NCBI RefSeq assembly: GCF_000757865.1
Contig: NZ_CP007754.1
Coordinates: 1,020,001-1,052,000, forward strand
Reading direction: 5' to 3'
Length of the DNA stretch: 32,000 nucleotides
Source of the DNA: Prochlorococcus sp. MIT 0801
GTDB taxonomy: Bacteria; Cyanobacteriota; Cyanobacteriia; PCC-6307; Cyanobiaceae
A model generated the notes under the pieces. The model was not told the origin of the DNA and ran no database searches. It worked only from the letters and a program-made list of their open reading frames with translations. Shown here in pieces: positions 23,524-32,000 of the stretch (its first letter is position 1; each line of letters opens with the position of its first letter). The translations under genes and the position numbers were made by a program.

Positions 23524-24075
23524 TTAATCCCTCTCTCTATAAATAGTACTAATTAAAGGCCTTTTGATCAGAGGCGGCTTAGTTCCATATCCAATCCATA
23601 TAAAACCAACAATTTCCTCTTCAAAGGGATTTATTTCTGCAATTTGATAGGTATTAGGATCAGTAGTGATTTTTCCTGTTGACCACTTGCAACCAACACC
23701 ATCAGCTACTAGTGAAAGCGACAAATTTTGAATCGCGCAGGCACAAGCCGCATAATCTTCGAGTTTTTGAACTTGATTATCCGTACATATTTGAGTAGCA
23801 ATAAGCAAATGGGAAGGGTTTAAAATTTTGTCTCTTATCTTTTTTAAATTAGATTCATCTATTGGCTTATCACCAAACTTAAGAGTCAACTGTAGTTGAT
23901 ATAAAAGTTCCCGTTTTTTCATCCCAATGTTGGTAAAGCGCCAAGGGAAAGTGCTTCTATGACAAGGCGCTTGATTAGCTGCAACTATTGACTTTTCAAT
24001 TACTTCTCTCGGCACACTTTTGTTTGAAAAGATATGAATGGTCCTTCGTTTTTTAATTGCTTGAGCTATTTCCAT
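23524..24075 (-). CDS. nitroreductase family protein (183 aa)
   Basis: AIKKRRTIHIFSNKSVPREVIEKSIVAANQAPCHRSTFPWRF is the typical nitroreductase N-terminal FMN-binding pattern. The size is typical of the family. Confidence 0.88.
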   Translation of the reverse strand: MEIAQAIKKRRTIHIFSNKSVPREVIEKSIVAANQAPCHRSTFPWRFTNIGMKKRELLYQLQLTLKFGDKPIDESNLKKIRDKILNPSHLLIATQICTDNQVQKLEDYAACACAIQNLSLSLVADGVGCKWSTGKITTDPNTYQIAEINPFEEEIVGFIWIGYGTKPPLIKRPLISTIYRERD

Positions 24076-24245
24076 GATTTTTTCTTGAAGAAATTAACTG
24101 AGGTGTACGCCATAACGAGATTTTCATGGCAATCTGACTAGAGAAATGAAAAAACAAAAGAAGTTTAATATACGACTACTAGATCTTAGCTCTAAAAAAA
24201 CTATGTTTTGTACAAGAATTACTTGTTAAGCAAATTGATCAATAA

Positions 24246-24572
24246 TTATTTAGAAGGTTTTGAAAATATGGAAACCACTTGTCCCATAGGTGTCTTGAAC
24301 ACGCGTTCGATAATTTCTCCATCAATCATAATTAATTTCGTATTCAAGGATCCCACAGGTACATTTACAGAATTATTTTTTAGAATATGCTTTAGCTCTG
24401 GGTACTGATCATTAGGTTTAAGAACATCTTTTAAATCAGGGTGCAGCTCTAAGATTGAGTCATCAAAAGCCCTGAACTTTCTCGTTAAGACCATAGTATT
24501 AGATAACTGTACGTACGACTTGTAACCTAATAAACTCTTGTCGTAAAGAGTATTTAAACTAAAATCAAACAA
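24246..24572 (-). CDS. hypothetical protein, 'NTK-IER-YKTP' family, copy A (108 aa, TTG start)
   Basis: YPELKHILKNNSVNVPVGSLNTKLIMIDGEIIERVFKTPMGQVVS aligns with YPDLKTAIVPAIRTLPSGSVNTKVIISRGSVIERIYKTPRGELIS of 27604..27921. Confidence 0.7.
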   Translation of the reverse strand: MFDFSLNTLYDKSLLGYKSYVQLSNTMVLTRKFRAFDDSILELHPDLKDVLKPNDQYPELKHILKNNSVNVPVGSLNTKLIMIDGEIIERVFKTPMGQVVSIFSKPSK

Positions 24573-24657
24573 AAATTAATGAGACTTTAAATAAAAGCTA
24601 TAATGGAAATTTCATACTAAAGAAACTTCACCATTAGCTCATAAATAAAACTAGTTG

Positions 24658-24789
24658 TTAGTTTCTTGTAGCATCAATTACTCGCTTTGCATGATGAGAA
24701 ATAGACGTTACCTCAGTACTCCTATCATTTAATACTGACTGAGTAAAAACAGTAATGGCAGCAATACTCGGTGTAATAGGTAAAAACAT
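24658..24789 (-). CDS. small protein (43 aa)
   Basis: Hand translation MFLPITPSIAAITVFTQSVLNDRSTEVTSISHHAKRVIDATRN. Confidence 0.35.
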   Translation of the reverse strand: MFLPITPSIAAITVFTQSVLNDRSTEVTSISHHAKRVIDATRN

Positions 24790-25170
24790 AAACAAAGCCA
24801 ACAAAGTATTTTTGGGCCTAAATAATAGTTGCATTAGTTTTTATAGCTCGAATAACATTCTCAACAACATTTAAGTAAGTTGCGTGTACGGGTTACCTAG
24901 AATAAAAGCTATTAATTTGACCTGTAATAGCATCTAAAAACTTTGGGCCTTTTCCAGAGCATTGAATAAATAGCTTCAAGCGCCTTTTGAGTTTTAGGAA
25001 GCTTGCAGCTAGGCCATGACTGTTGAGTAATCATCGTGATTATTTCGGAGTCATTTTTATTTCTACATCGGACACCACCCATAAAACCAGAGTAATAAAA
25101 CTCAGACAAAAATACATACAACCAAAACTCTTTATCAGATGGATATTCGAAGAAAAATAAACACAAAAAA

Positions 25171-25201
25171 GAGGGAAGCCATTAAAGCCCCCCTCTTTTT
25201 T
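25171..25201 (-). terminator. terminator of the DUF4278 gene (bidirectional in form)
   Basis: GAGGG...CCCTC stem (25171-25175/25191-25195) plus inner GC pairs. T6 follows on the plus strand. On the minus strand TTTTTTGTGTT follows, 14 nt past the gene stop. Confidence 0.65.
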
Positions 25202-25214
25202 AATCTCCTTTAGA

Positions 25215-25385
25215 TTACTTTTGGTATGTATTACCTCTGTAAGTTAAGGATGCTTGCAACTGCTTTTTAGCATCTGCTTGCCTTGATTTGTAGACGTTAC
25301 TTCTGTAACTAAGTTCTACAACATCTTTTGGAGTAACTTCTTTATGCTGAAGATACTCTTTTCCTCTGTAAGTAAGAACAGTCAT
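25215..25385 (-). CDS. DUF4278 family protein (56 aa)
   Basis: Hand translation MTVLTYRGKEYLQHKEVTPKDVVELSYRSNVYKSRQADAKKQLQASLTYRGNTYQK. The duplicated LTYRGxxY motif is the hallmark of cyanobacterial DUF4278. Confidence 0.75.
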   Translation of the reverse strand: MTVLTYRGKEYLQHKEVTPKDVVELSYRSNVYKSRQADAKKQLQASLTYRGNTYQK

Positions 25386-26014
25386 TGCTCTTTCCCGTAG
25401 TGCCCAAGACCCCGTTCCATGTCTCGAGTCTTACTGCAGCTTTGTTTTTAGCTGAACGTGTATTAAAACTAACAGAAATTTTCCTAAAATGATGTTCCTT
25501 GTGATACATAAGCAGTGAATTTTGTAGTATTTACCGAAATAGTTGCATTTCTTACTAAAAAGGAGCCTTTAATCAGGAAGATAAGTTAACTATTTTTCCT
25601 CCTCTTTTTCATTCTTAAACATAAACCAACCTGCCTCCTTGATTCCTATTTTTATAGAAATTATTCAAGCACCAAGAAAAAAACCCTAAAAAGCAAAAAT
25701 GATCAGAGTAAATAAGTGCCAAACTCAGATTTAACGTTATTTAAAAAAATGGGTCAAATGATTCCTTACCACTTCAAGAAGGTAGACCATTTAGTAAACA
25801 AACAAAAGCCTCGTTATTAAGAGCGCAGTTTCTAAAGACAATATCACTATTAGATTAATCAAAAGAAGAACTGACAAAAGAAGCTTTGGGTCATCTATCT
25901 CCAATGATCTATTGATTTAGTTTTTTTTAATAAAACCAATGAAATAAAACTATTAATCCAGTATCTATAGGAACTTAAATAAGAGCTAAAAGAATGTATA
26001 TGAAGTTATCAGTC

Positions 26015-26287
26015 TTATGAATAATTTTTTAATTCCCCTTTAAAAGGCCTACCACCCTTACTTAAATAATCCATATATTTATCAGACTCTCTGAGGTAAT
26101 AATTTCTGCTTTGACCAATATATTGAGCTTCAATTAACAGATCAGTAACTTCAGGCAAAAAGGATTCAGGGATTAACTCGAGAGGGTTGATTGCATTAGG
26201 ATTCCAATTCAACTCAGTCAAAAATAGAAACCAAATCGACTTGCACCTATTGAAATCAGATAAACAATCTGAATTCATATTATTCAT
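26015..26287 (-). CDS. hypothetical protein (90 aa), overlapping the purT stop by 8 nt
   Basis: ORF track. ATG 26287 lies inside the last codons of purT; an alternative ATG is at 26278. Sequence is protein-like: NPLELIPESFLPEVTDLLIEAQYIGQSRNYYLRESDKYMDYLSKGGRPF. Confidence 0.62.
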   Translation of the reverse strand: MNNMNSDCLSDFNRCKSIWFLFLTELNWNPNAINPLELIPESFLPEVTDLLIEAQYIGQSRNYYLRESDKYMDYLSKGGRPFKGELKNYS

Positions 26288-27443
26288 TTATGAATTGGAC
26301 TGATTGCGCTGCATGGTCGACTTTGTTTCTTGCCTCATCGATTGTTTTAGCCTTTGCTACAGCTACTCCCATTCGACGACCTTCCGTTGAGCTCGGCTTA
26401 CCAAACATAAATAAATTTGTATCCGATTGACTTAAGGCTTTCTCAAGTCCCGTATAAGCCACGTCAGTAGTTTCATTGGAGGCCAAAATAACTCGGCTAG
26501 CAGAAGCATGGTGGCAAACTATCTCTGGAATTGGGATACCTAAAACAGCTCTAACGTGTAATTCAAACTCATTTAAATTTTGGCTAATCAAAGTCACTAA
26601 GCCTGTGTCATGTGGTCTTGGTGATAGCTCTGAAAAAATCACCTCTTCACCCTTAATAAAAAATTCAACTCCAAACAAACCTACACCACCAAGATTATCA
26701 GTAACACGTTTGGCAATCTTTTGAGCATTATCTAAGACACTTTCAGATAATTCAGCCGGTTGCCAACTACATTGATAATCACCATTTTTTTGCTCGTGTC
26801 CTATGGGAGCGCAAAATAATGTTTTTCCGTTAGATTGTCTAATAGTTAATAAAGTAATTTCAAAATCAAAATCAATAAATTCCTCTAATATAATTTTATT
26901 TGATTGACCTCTAGATTTTTCAATAGCCAAATTCCAAGCCTGGGCTAAATCATTTTTATTTTTAACTAAGCTTTGTCCTTTACCAGAAGAACTCATAACT
27001 GGTTTGATTAACATAGGATAACCAATTGTTTCTGCACGAAAATCAAGCTCAGATTCATTCATTGCATAACAAAATTTTGCAGTTCTTATATTTAAATCAT
27101 TGGAAGCTAAATCTCTAATTTTATCTCTATTCATTGTTATTGCAGTAGCTCTTGCGTTTGGTATTACTGTAATATTTTGTTCGATTTCCTTTAATACATC
27201 TACTGCGAGAGCTTCTATTTCAGGAATAATAATATCAGGATTGAATTTATATATAACTTCTTTTAATTCAGAAGCGTTGTTCATATTAAACACTTCGAAT
27301 TGATCAGCTATCTGCATCGCTGGAGCATTATTATATCTATCACATGCAATAACATGACATCCTAGTCTTTTTGCTGCAATTGCAACCTCTTTGCCTAATT
27401 CTCCACTACCTAAAAGCATTATTTTTTTTGGAAATAAATTCAT
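26280..27443 (-). CDS. purT: formate-dependent phosphoribosylglycinamide formyltransferase (GAR transformylase 2)
   Basis: 387 aa ATP-grasp enzyme. Motifs seen are KIMLLGSGELGKEVAIAAKRLG, PMLIKPVMSSSGKGQS, GVEFFIKGEEVIFSELSPRPHDTG and RRMGVAVA. Confidence 0.96.
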   Translation of the reverse strand: MNLFPKKIMLLGSGELGKEVAIAAKRLGCHVIACDRYNNAPAMQIADQFEVFNMNNASELKEVIYKFNPDIIIPEIEALAVDVLKEIEQNITVIPNARATAITMNRDKIRDLASNDLNIRTAKFCYAMNESELDFRAETIGYPMLIKPVMSSSGKGQSLVKNKNDLAQAWNLAIEKSRGQSNKIILEEFIDFDFEITLLTIRQSNGKTLFCAPIGHEQKNGDYQCSWQPAELSESVLDNAQKIAKRVTDNLGGVGLFGVEFFIKGEEVIFSELSPRPHDTGLVTLISQNLNEFELHVRAVLGIPIPEIVCHHASASRVILASNETTDVAYTGLEKALSQSDTNLFMFGKPSSTEGRRMGVAVAKAKTIDEARNKVDHAAQSVQFINE

Positions 27444-27603
27444 AATGATATTTACAGGAAGATAATAGTATTAATTATTTTATAACTAAAATGTGAATTC
27501 TGGTGCAAAAAAAAGAGAACATAAGCAAGAAATTAACAAGCATCAGAAATCATGGATAATAAGCTCAGTAGAGCCAATAGAAAATAATTTCAAACAAAAT
27601 CAT

Positions 27604-27921
27604 ATGAATATATTTCATAGGGCGTATTTAATTAAACTTAATTATTCAAAAAAAGACTTTACTATAGAAAAAAATGCGTTAAAAAAAATATACCTACAAC
27701 TAAAGATGAGTAAAAGAACGAAAATTAAAGAATTCGTCAATTTAGATGAATACCCCGATTTAAAAACAGCAATAGTTCCTGCAATCAGAACTTTACCTAG
27801 TGGGTCAGTAAACACAAAGGTGATTATAAGTCGAGGTAGCGTTATTGAAAGGATCTACAAAACTCCAAGAGGAGAGCTCATATCCTTATGCCTAAATGAT
27901 CAAAATAATGAAGCAGCGTAA
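27604..27921 (+). CDS. hypothetical protein, 'NTK-IER-YKTP' family, copy B (105 aa from ATG 27604; the ORF track starts at GTG 27493)
   Basis: Paralog of 24246..24572. Similarity starts near MNIFHRAYLIKLNYSKK (versus FDFSLNTLYDKS), which favours the internal ATG. Confidence 0.68.
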   Translation: MNIFHRAYLIKLNYSKKDFTIEKNALKKIYLQLKMSKRTKIKEFVNLDEYPDLKTAIVPAIRTLPSGSVNTKVIISRGSVIERIYKTPRGELISLCLNDQNNEAA

Positions 27922-28148
27922 GAAAAATTGACAATAAAGATGAAAAAAAGCTGGATTCATAAAAATTCTATTTATTTTCCCAACATATATCTGATTATAA
28001 AGCACCTATTAAGCCCTTTAATTTATATTATCCAATAAACAATCTTACAAATCCTTAAATTTTCAACATAAATGTTCCAATAGCGCTAACTTTGTGTGGC
28101 GTTATATGCAAAACTAGCTATTCTATCTTTACTAGAGAAAATATCGAA

Positions 28149-30497
28149 GTGAAAAGCAAATTAAAATTTAAACAAGGTATATTATTTGGCATTATCCTAG
28201 TAAATTTCTTACCTAACACAGTATTAGCATCCAACAATAAAATTAATAGAGTAAATAATTACCCTCAAATTTCTGAAAAAAAAATTAATATTAATTATGA
28301 AAACATAAAACATCTGCATGAAAATGGTGCAATTAGCACAAAAGAAGCAAATAAATATATAAATGAATCGTCAGGAAATTTACAACAAGATTTCATCACG
28401 AATCAAAAAAATCTCAATAACGAAGAACTTATTATAAAAAATAAGAATGAGTTAAAAAAAGGTAGGTTAGTAGCAACAGAATCAGACTTAGAACTAACAC
28501 TAAAATTAATAAATATTGAAAACCTAAAAAGTTATGATATTTCGAAATTAGAATCAGGCTGGCAAATAATTATCAACCTTCCAGAAGATATTATTATTGA
28601 TCGCTCCAAGTTTCATAAAAAAAGTAAATATTTTTCAAACATAAAAATAGATCAATTAAATAAGTCACTTTACATAATAAAATTAGCCGAGAATTCAAAA
28701 TACAAGATTAATAAACCAATATTAAATAAAGGGGAAAAATTAGAATTTAAATTTATAATATCTCCATTAAAAAATAAAAATTCCTTCAAATTTCCATTCT
28801 TCAATAGATTAAAAAGGACAGAATCGCCATTTAACGAACAAAATGAAGCAAAGGCTCCACCTCTTGGTGATATTGCAGTTGGTAGTGTAGTTCTTAAAAA
28901 CAGAGGATTTATAAAATTAGAGGGTCCAGAAGTAAGTTTAACTTTGAACGACTCATCAGCTAAAGATGCATTGATGAAGCTTGCAAAAATGGGTGGATAT
29001 GGATTGGTTCTAACTAATAATGAAGAGAGCAAAAAAAATAATATCAACAATTCGGAAAATAAAGCAAATGCCGGACCCAAAGTAACTCTTTCATTTGATA
29101 ACGAGGATTATTCCATAGCCTTTAATAGCATTTTACTTGCTTCAGGATTGCAAGCTAAACGAAGCAATAATCTTATTATTGTTGGTGAAAATGTTATCGG
29201 AAAGAGTTTTGGTCCGCAATTGTCTAAGGTTTATAGACTAAATCAGTCATCAGCATCATCAGCAGCAGATTATTTAGCAAGCTTAGGTGCATCAATTAGC
29301 AAGGTTGATACAATTGCTGGAGCTTCTAATAAACAAGGAAGTCCAGATAGCAATACTAAATCTTTCAAATATATAGATACATACTCAGCTTCAACAGGAC
29401 CACTAATTGGACTAACAGGTACAACTGATTCAAGATTACAAACAATAACCTTAATAGGATCATCAGAACTAATTTTTATAGCTGAAAAATATTTAAAGCA
29501 ACTTGATCTTAGGCAAAGACAAGTTGCGCTATCTGTCAAAATACTTGATGTTGAGTTTACTGATAGTGACTCTCTGAATAATGATTTTGCCTTTAGATCT
29601 GGGAGTACATTTATTGTAAATGAATCAGGCAAATTATTTAGTGCATTTGGAAATTTTATCCCTCCAAAATTAAGTACGACAAGTCCCTCACAATCTAAAT
29701 CAGTTACTGAAACAATGACTACAGTAGATGGAATGACATCTACTGAATCTTCAATTGCTAAGGCTATAACTACTAGCGTTACACCTAACCCTGGATTTCA
29801 ATATACAGCTAATGAATTATATAATTTTTTAGTAGCTCAAATAAAAAAATCAACAACTAAAGTTCTAGCAAATCCAACTTTGATTTTAAGTGAAAATTCA
29901 GAGGCTATAAAAGGAGGAGCCGAAGTAACCGGAGATGAAGGACTTGGTCAAGCGACAATAGGAAGACCATATGCAAATGAATCATTTGTCACTCTTGGAA
30001 CAAAAGTCATTACTGACTACAAAACGTCTACAAGTAAAGAAGGTGGCTCGACAAGTTGTGAGGCTTCATTCTCTACTGCGGGTTTAACATTTGGTGCCAG
30101 AGTATTTAAAATAGACGATAATGGCTACGTTACATTTTCATTAAGTCCAGAATTAACATCGATTTCAGAAATAATAAATATACCTGGTTGTGGTGCAATA
30201 AATATTCTAAGTGTGAGGCGTTTAGATACAGGAACTTTACGAGTAAAAGACTCTCAGACATTAATTTTAACAGGTGTTATATCAAACAGAGATTCAAAGG
30301 TCGTAACGAAAACCCCCATATTAGGAGACATTCCAATACTTGGAAGAATATTTAGATCAAATGCAGGTAGTAAAAGAAAAGGGGAATTAATAATTCTTGT
30401 TACCCCTAGAATACTAAACGATTCAGTATCAAACACATCAGAAGTCGGCTTTGATCCAAGTAATGAAGAATCAAAAAATTTCCTTAAAAACAAATGA
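28149..30497 (+). CDS. pilQ: type IV pilus secretin PilQ (782 aa from GTG 28149; the ORF track starts at TTG 28092)
   Basis: C-terminal secretin signature TPILGDIPILGRIFRSNAGSKRKGELIILVTPRIL. N0/N1-like segments are VSLTLNDSSAKDALMKLAKMGGYGLVL and VTLSFDNEDYSIAFNSILLASGLQ, with an AMIN-like segment upstream. Starting at GTG 28149 gives a signal-peptide-like MKSKLKFKQGILFGIILVNFLPNTVLA. Confidence 0.92.
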   Translation: MKSKLKFKQGILFGIILVNFLPNTVLASNNKINRVNNYPQISEKKININYENIKHLHENGAISTKEANKYINESSGNLQQDFITNQKNLNNEELIIKNKNELKKGRLVATESDLELTLKLINIENLKSYDISKLESGWQIIINLPEDIIIDRSKFHKKSKYFSNIKIDQLNKSLYIIKLAENSKYKINKPILNKGEKLEFKFIISPLKNKNSFKFPFFNRLKRTESPFNEQNEAKAPPLGDIAVGSVVLKNRGFIKLEGPEVSLTLNDSSAKDALMKLAKMGGYGLVLTNNEESKKNNINNSENKANAGPKVTLSFDNEDYSIAFNSILLASGLQAKRSNNLIIVGENVIGKSFGPQLSKVYRLNQSSASSAADYLASLGASISKVDTIAGASNKQGSPDSNTKSFKYIDTYSASTGPLIGLTGTTDSRLQTITLIGSSELIFIAEKYLKQLDLRQRQVALSVKILDVEFTDSDSLNNDFAFRSGSTFIVNESGKLFSAFGNFIPPKLSTTSPSQSKSVTETMTTVDGMTSTESSIAKAITTSVTPNPGFQYTANELYNFLVAQIKKSTTKVLANPTLILSENSEAIKGGAEVTGDEGLGQATIGRPYANESFVTLGTKVITDYKTSTSKEGGSTSCEASFSTAGLTFGARVFKIDDNGYVTFSLSPELTSISEIINIPGCGAINILSVRRLDTGTLRVKDSQTLILTGVISNRDSKVVTKTPILGDIPILGRIFRSNAGSKRKGELIILVTPRILNDSVSNTSEVGFDPSNEESKNFLKNK

Positions 30498-31174
30498 AAT
30501 ACAATTCACGTTATAAATTAGATCTACTATGGGAAAGAAGAAATAAAAGTAGCAGTACTCAACTTACATTTACCAATACAAAAAAACTTCGCAAATTGGG
30601 TTATTATGGTGGTTGTTTCATTGCAGGAATAGGAATATTAATTTTTTCATTAGGCTTATTTCATACTTATAGAAGAATAAAATTTAAAGAAAAATTAGCT
30701 TTAGAATCAAAAGAATATCAAGTATTAAAAAGCAAATTTGAATTATTAAAGAAGGAAGTTAATATTATTTATAGTATTAATAATCGAATCGCAAAAGGTA
30801 TTATTGGAACTAGGTCTGGTTCATCATTATTATTAGAGTTGCAAAGAATATTGCCAAAAACCACTCAGATAACATCAATCAGAGTAAAAGATAATAATCT
30901 AATATTGACTGGCAAAGTAAAAGAACCTTATGGACTTGACCATATAAATTCATTTAAAGTTCAAATTTCAAATTCGTTCTTAATTAATGATCAATCAGTT
31001 TTTTTGTCAAGAATAAGTAGATCAGATCAAAATAAAAACAACCTAAATTTCCTTATATCATCAAAATTCTCAAATCCATCTACATCAACAATATTAGATA
31101 ATTACGAAAGTCTTAAAACCTATGGACTACTTAAACGTGTTCAGTTATTAAAACAAGAGGGTCTAATAAAATGA
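30494..31174 (+). CDS. pilN: PilN-like pilus assembly protein (226 aa)
   Basis: ATGA overlap with the pilQ stop. N-terminal KLDLLWERRNK resembles the INLLPWR PilM-binding motif. There is a single TM helix (YYGGCFIAGIGILIFSLGLF). LLLELQRILPKTTQITSIRVKDNNLILTGKV matches the PilN core pattern. Confidence 0.7.
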   Translation: MKYNSRYKLDLLWERRNKSSSTQLTFTNTKKLRKLGYYGGCFIAGIGILIFSLGLFHTYRRIKFKEKLALESKEYQVLKSKFELLKKEVNIIYSINNRIAKGIIGTRSGSSLLLELQRILPKTTQITSIRVKDNNLILTGKVKEPYGLDHINSFKVQISNSFLINDQSVFLSRISRSDQNKNNLNFLISSKFSNPSTSTILDNYESLKTYGLLKRVQLLKQEGLIK

Positions 31175-31839
31175 CAAATTTATCCTCTAATAAACTAAAA
31201 AGAAAGTTTATTACACCTGAAAGAACACTACTATTCACGCCTATATTAGTTGGTTTAATTATTTTTGTATCTCTAATGACATTTGCCTTTAGGCCTTTAA
31301 TAAAGAAATTAAACGTAGAAGAAGCAAAGATCAAAACATATGAAACTAAGGTTTCATACATACCAATCTACAAAAGATATATTAAAGATATCTCTAATGT
31401 AAGAAATAAGGTAAGCAATCAGCAAAAGAGATTAGTTGACTTAATTTCTGATCCAAATGAATTAGATACAATACTCGCTCAAATAAATAAACTTTGTATA
31501 AAAAATAATATAAATATACTTTCTATTATTCCTCAAGAAATAGTTAACCAATCAAATAGTAAAGATAAAAATGATCCTTTTTTAATCCCTAAAGTAGAGA
31601 AACATGTCTTCAAAATTAATTTAGAAGGTTCATTTAATGGTCTAATTGATTTCCTTAAAGATTTAGAACTACTTCAGACTATTGTAATTTCAGATAATAT
31701 TAATATACTTGTATCATCTGATAATACAAATAAAATTAATGATAAAAACACTATTAATTTAAGAATGAGTTTTGACTTAAGTACTTATGCAAGAAAAGGA
31801 TCAATAAATAGCTTTAAACAAAATAATAAAAATTTATAA
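31171..31839 (+). CDS. pilO: PilO-like pilus assembly protein (222 aa)
   Basis: ATGA overlap with the previous stop. N-terminal TM helix LLFTPILVGLIIFVSLMTFAF is followed by a coiled segment. HVFKINLEGSFNGLIDFLKDLELLQTIVISDNINI matches the PilO C-terminal pattern. Confidence 0.65.
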   Translation: MTNLSSNKLKRKFITPERTLLFTPILVGLIIFVSLMTFAFRPLIKKLNVEEAKIKTYETKVSYIPIYKRYIKDISNVRNKVSNQQKRLVDLISDPNELDTILAQINKLCIKNNINILSIIPQEIVNQSNSKDKNDPFLIPKVEKHVFKINLEGSFNGLIDFLKDLELLQTIVISDNINILVSSDNTNKINDKNTINLRMSFDLSTYARKGSINSFKQNNKNL

Positions 31840-31843
31840 TTAA

Positions 31844-32000
31844 ATGTTATTTTTCTATGTTGGTATTGGATTCGGAATGTTCACCACAATTTTTGCAATG
31901 CTTCAAACTTCAATGATTTTAAATAAAAAAGTATATATAAATGATAAAAAATTGTTAGATCCAAATGAATTCAATTTGAGGAAACCAAATGATAAAAAAT
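31844..32000 (+). CDS. partial ORF (5' end only), TM protein continuing beyond the window
   Basis: ATG 31844 lies 4 nt after the pilO-like stop. It is open to the window edge: MLFFYVGIGFGMFTTIFAMLQTSMILNKKVYINDKKLLDPNEFNLRKPNDKK. Confidence 0.4.
   Translation, partial: MLFFYVGIGFGMFTTIFAMLQTSMILNKKVYINDKKLLDPNEFNLRKPNDKK

Noticed and set aside
24208-24408. ORF 24208..24408 (+)
   Set aside because: Antisense to paralog A (24246..24572), whose reality is supported by its homology to 27604..27921.
24912-25166. ORF 24912..25166 (-), 84 aa, TTG start
   Set aside because: It begins immediately downstream of the DUF4278 terminator, has no ATG near its 5' end, and has an odd composition (FFFEY, YYSGF). 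It is possibly non-coding, so it was left out of the features.
26476-31361. ORFs 26476..26724, 27100..27303, 28670..29080, 29270..29632, 30254..30493 and 31131..31361
   Set aside because: Antisense or off-frame within purT, pilQ and the pilN/pilO-like genes.
1-32000. Search for tRNA, rRNA, CRISPR arrays, IS elements or transposases, integrases and phage genes
   Set aside because: No T-arm-like GGTTCGAAT/GTTCAAAT contexts were found, and every TTCGAA in the window sits in a non-tRNA context. There are no regularly spaced repeats and no ORF with DDE or tyrosine-recombinase motifs. Nothing of these types could be supported.

Overview
The window is AT-rich (about one third GC by eye) and its gene content looks like a marine picocyanobacterium, most likely a low-light Prochlorococcus-type genome. 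That assignment is an inference from recognisable genes: PAP-fibrillin, a CrtH-like carotenoid isomerase, CIA30, GH57, DUF4278, purT and a type IV pilus secretin. About 20 recognisable genes are interspersed with more than 40 very short ORFs, many with a single transmembrane helix. Several of these fall below the 60-aa cut-off of the ORF track, so I translated them by hand. I recognised no rRNA, tRNA, CRISPR array, transposase, integrase or phage structural gene.

The observations most worth following up are:
1. Two paralogous DNA-binding-like proteins (ribbon-helix-helix-like head, Lys/Ala-rich histone-H1-like tail, GRP AT-hook-like motif) at 1975..2451 and 12890..13477. Their head domains are almost identical in protein while the DNA differs at about 16% of positions. 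They sit in two syntenic three-family paralog blocks about 10 kb apart.
2. A perfect match to the cyanobacterial LexA-box consensus (3157..3170) ahead of a Cys/His-rich small protein. A 13/14 match (3751..3764) lies ahead of a RecB/Cas4-type PD-(D/E)XK nuclease and SRAP (YedK/HMCES-like) gene pair.
3. An ORF-free 700-bp region between them carries paired short repeats and terminator-like hairpins, which makes it a candidate small-RNA locus.
4. Inverted paralogs flank the purT segment.
5. A non-canonical pilQ-pilN-pilO order has 4-bp overlapping junctions and no pilM or pilP.
6. There are several tightly coupled micro-operons of tiny proteins, including a twin-CX3C protein.

All product calls come from motif recognition by eye. 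No database search was possible.
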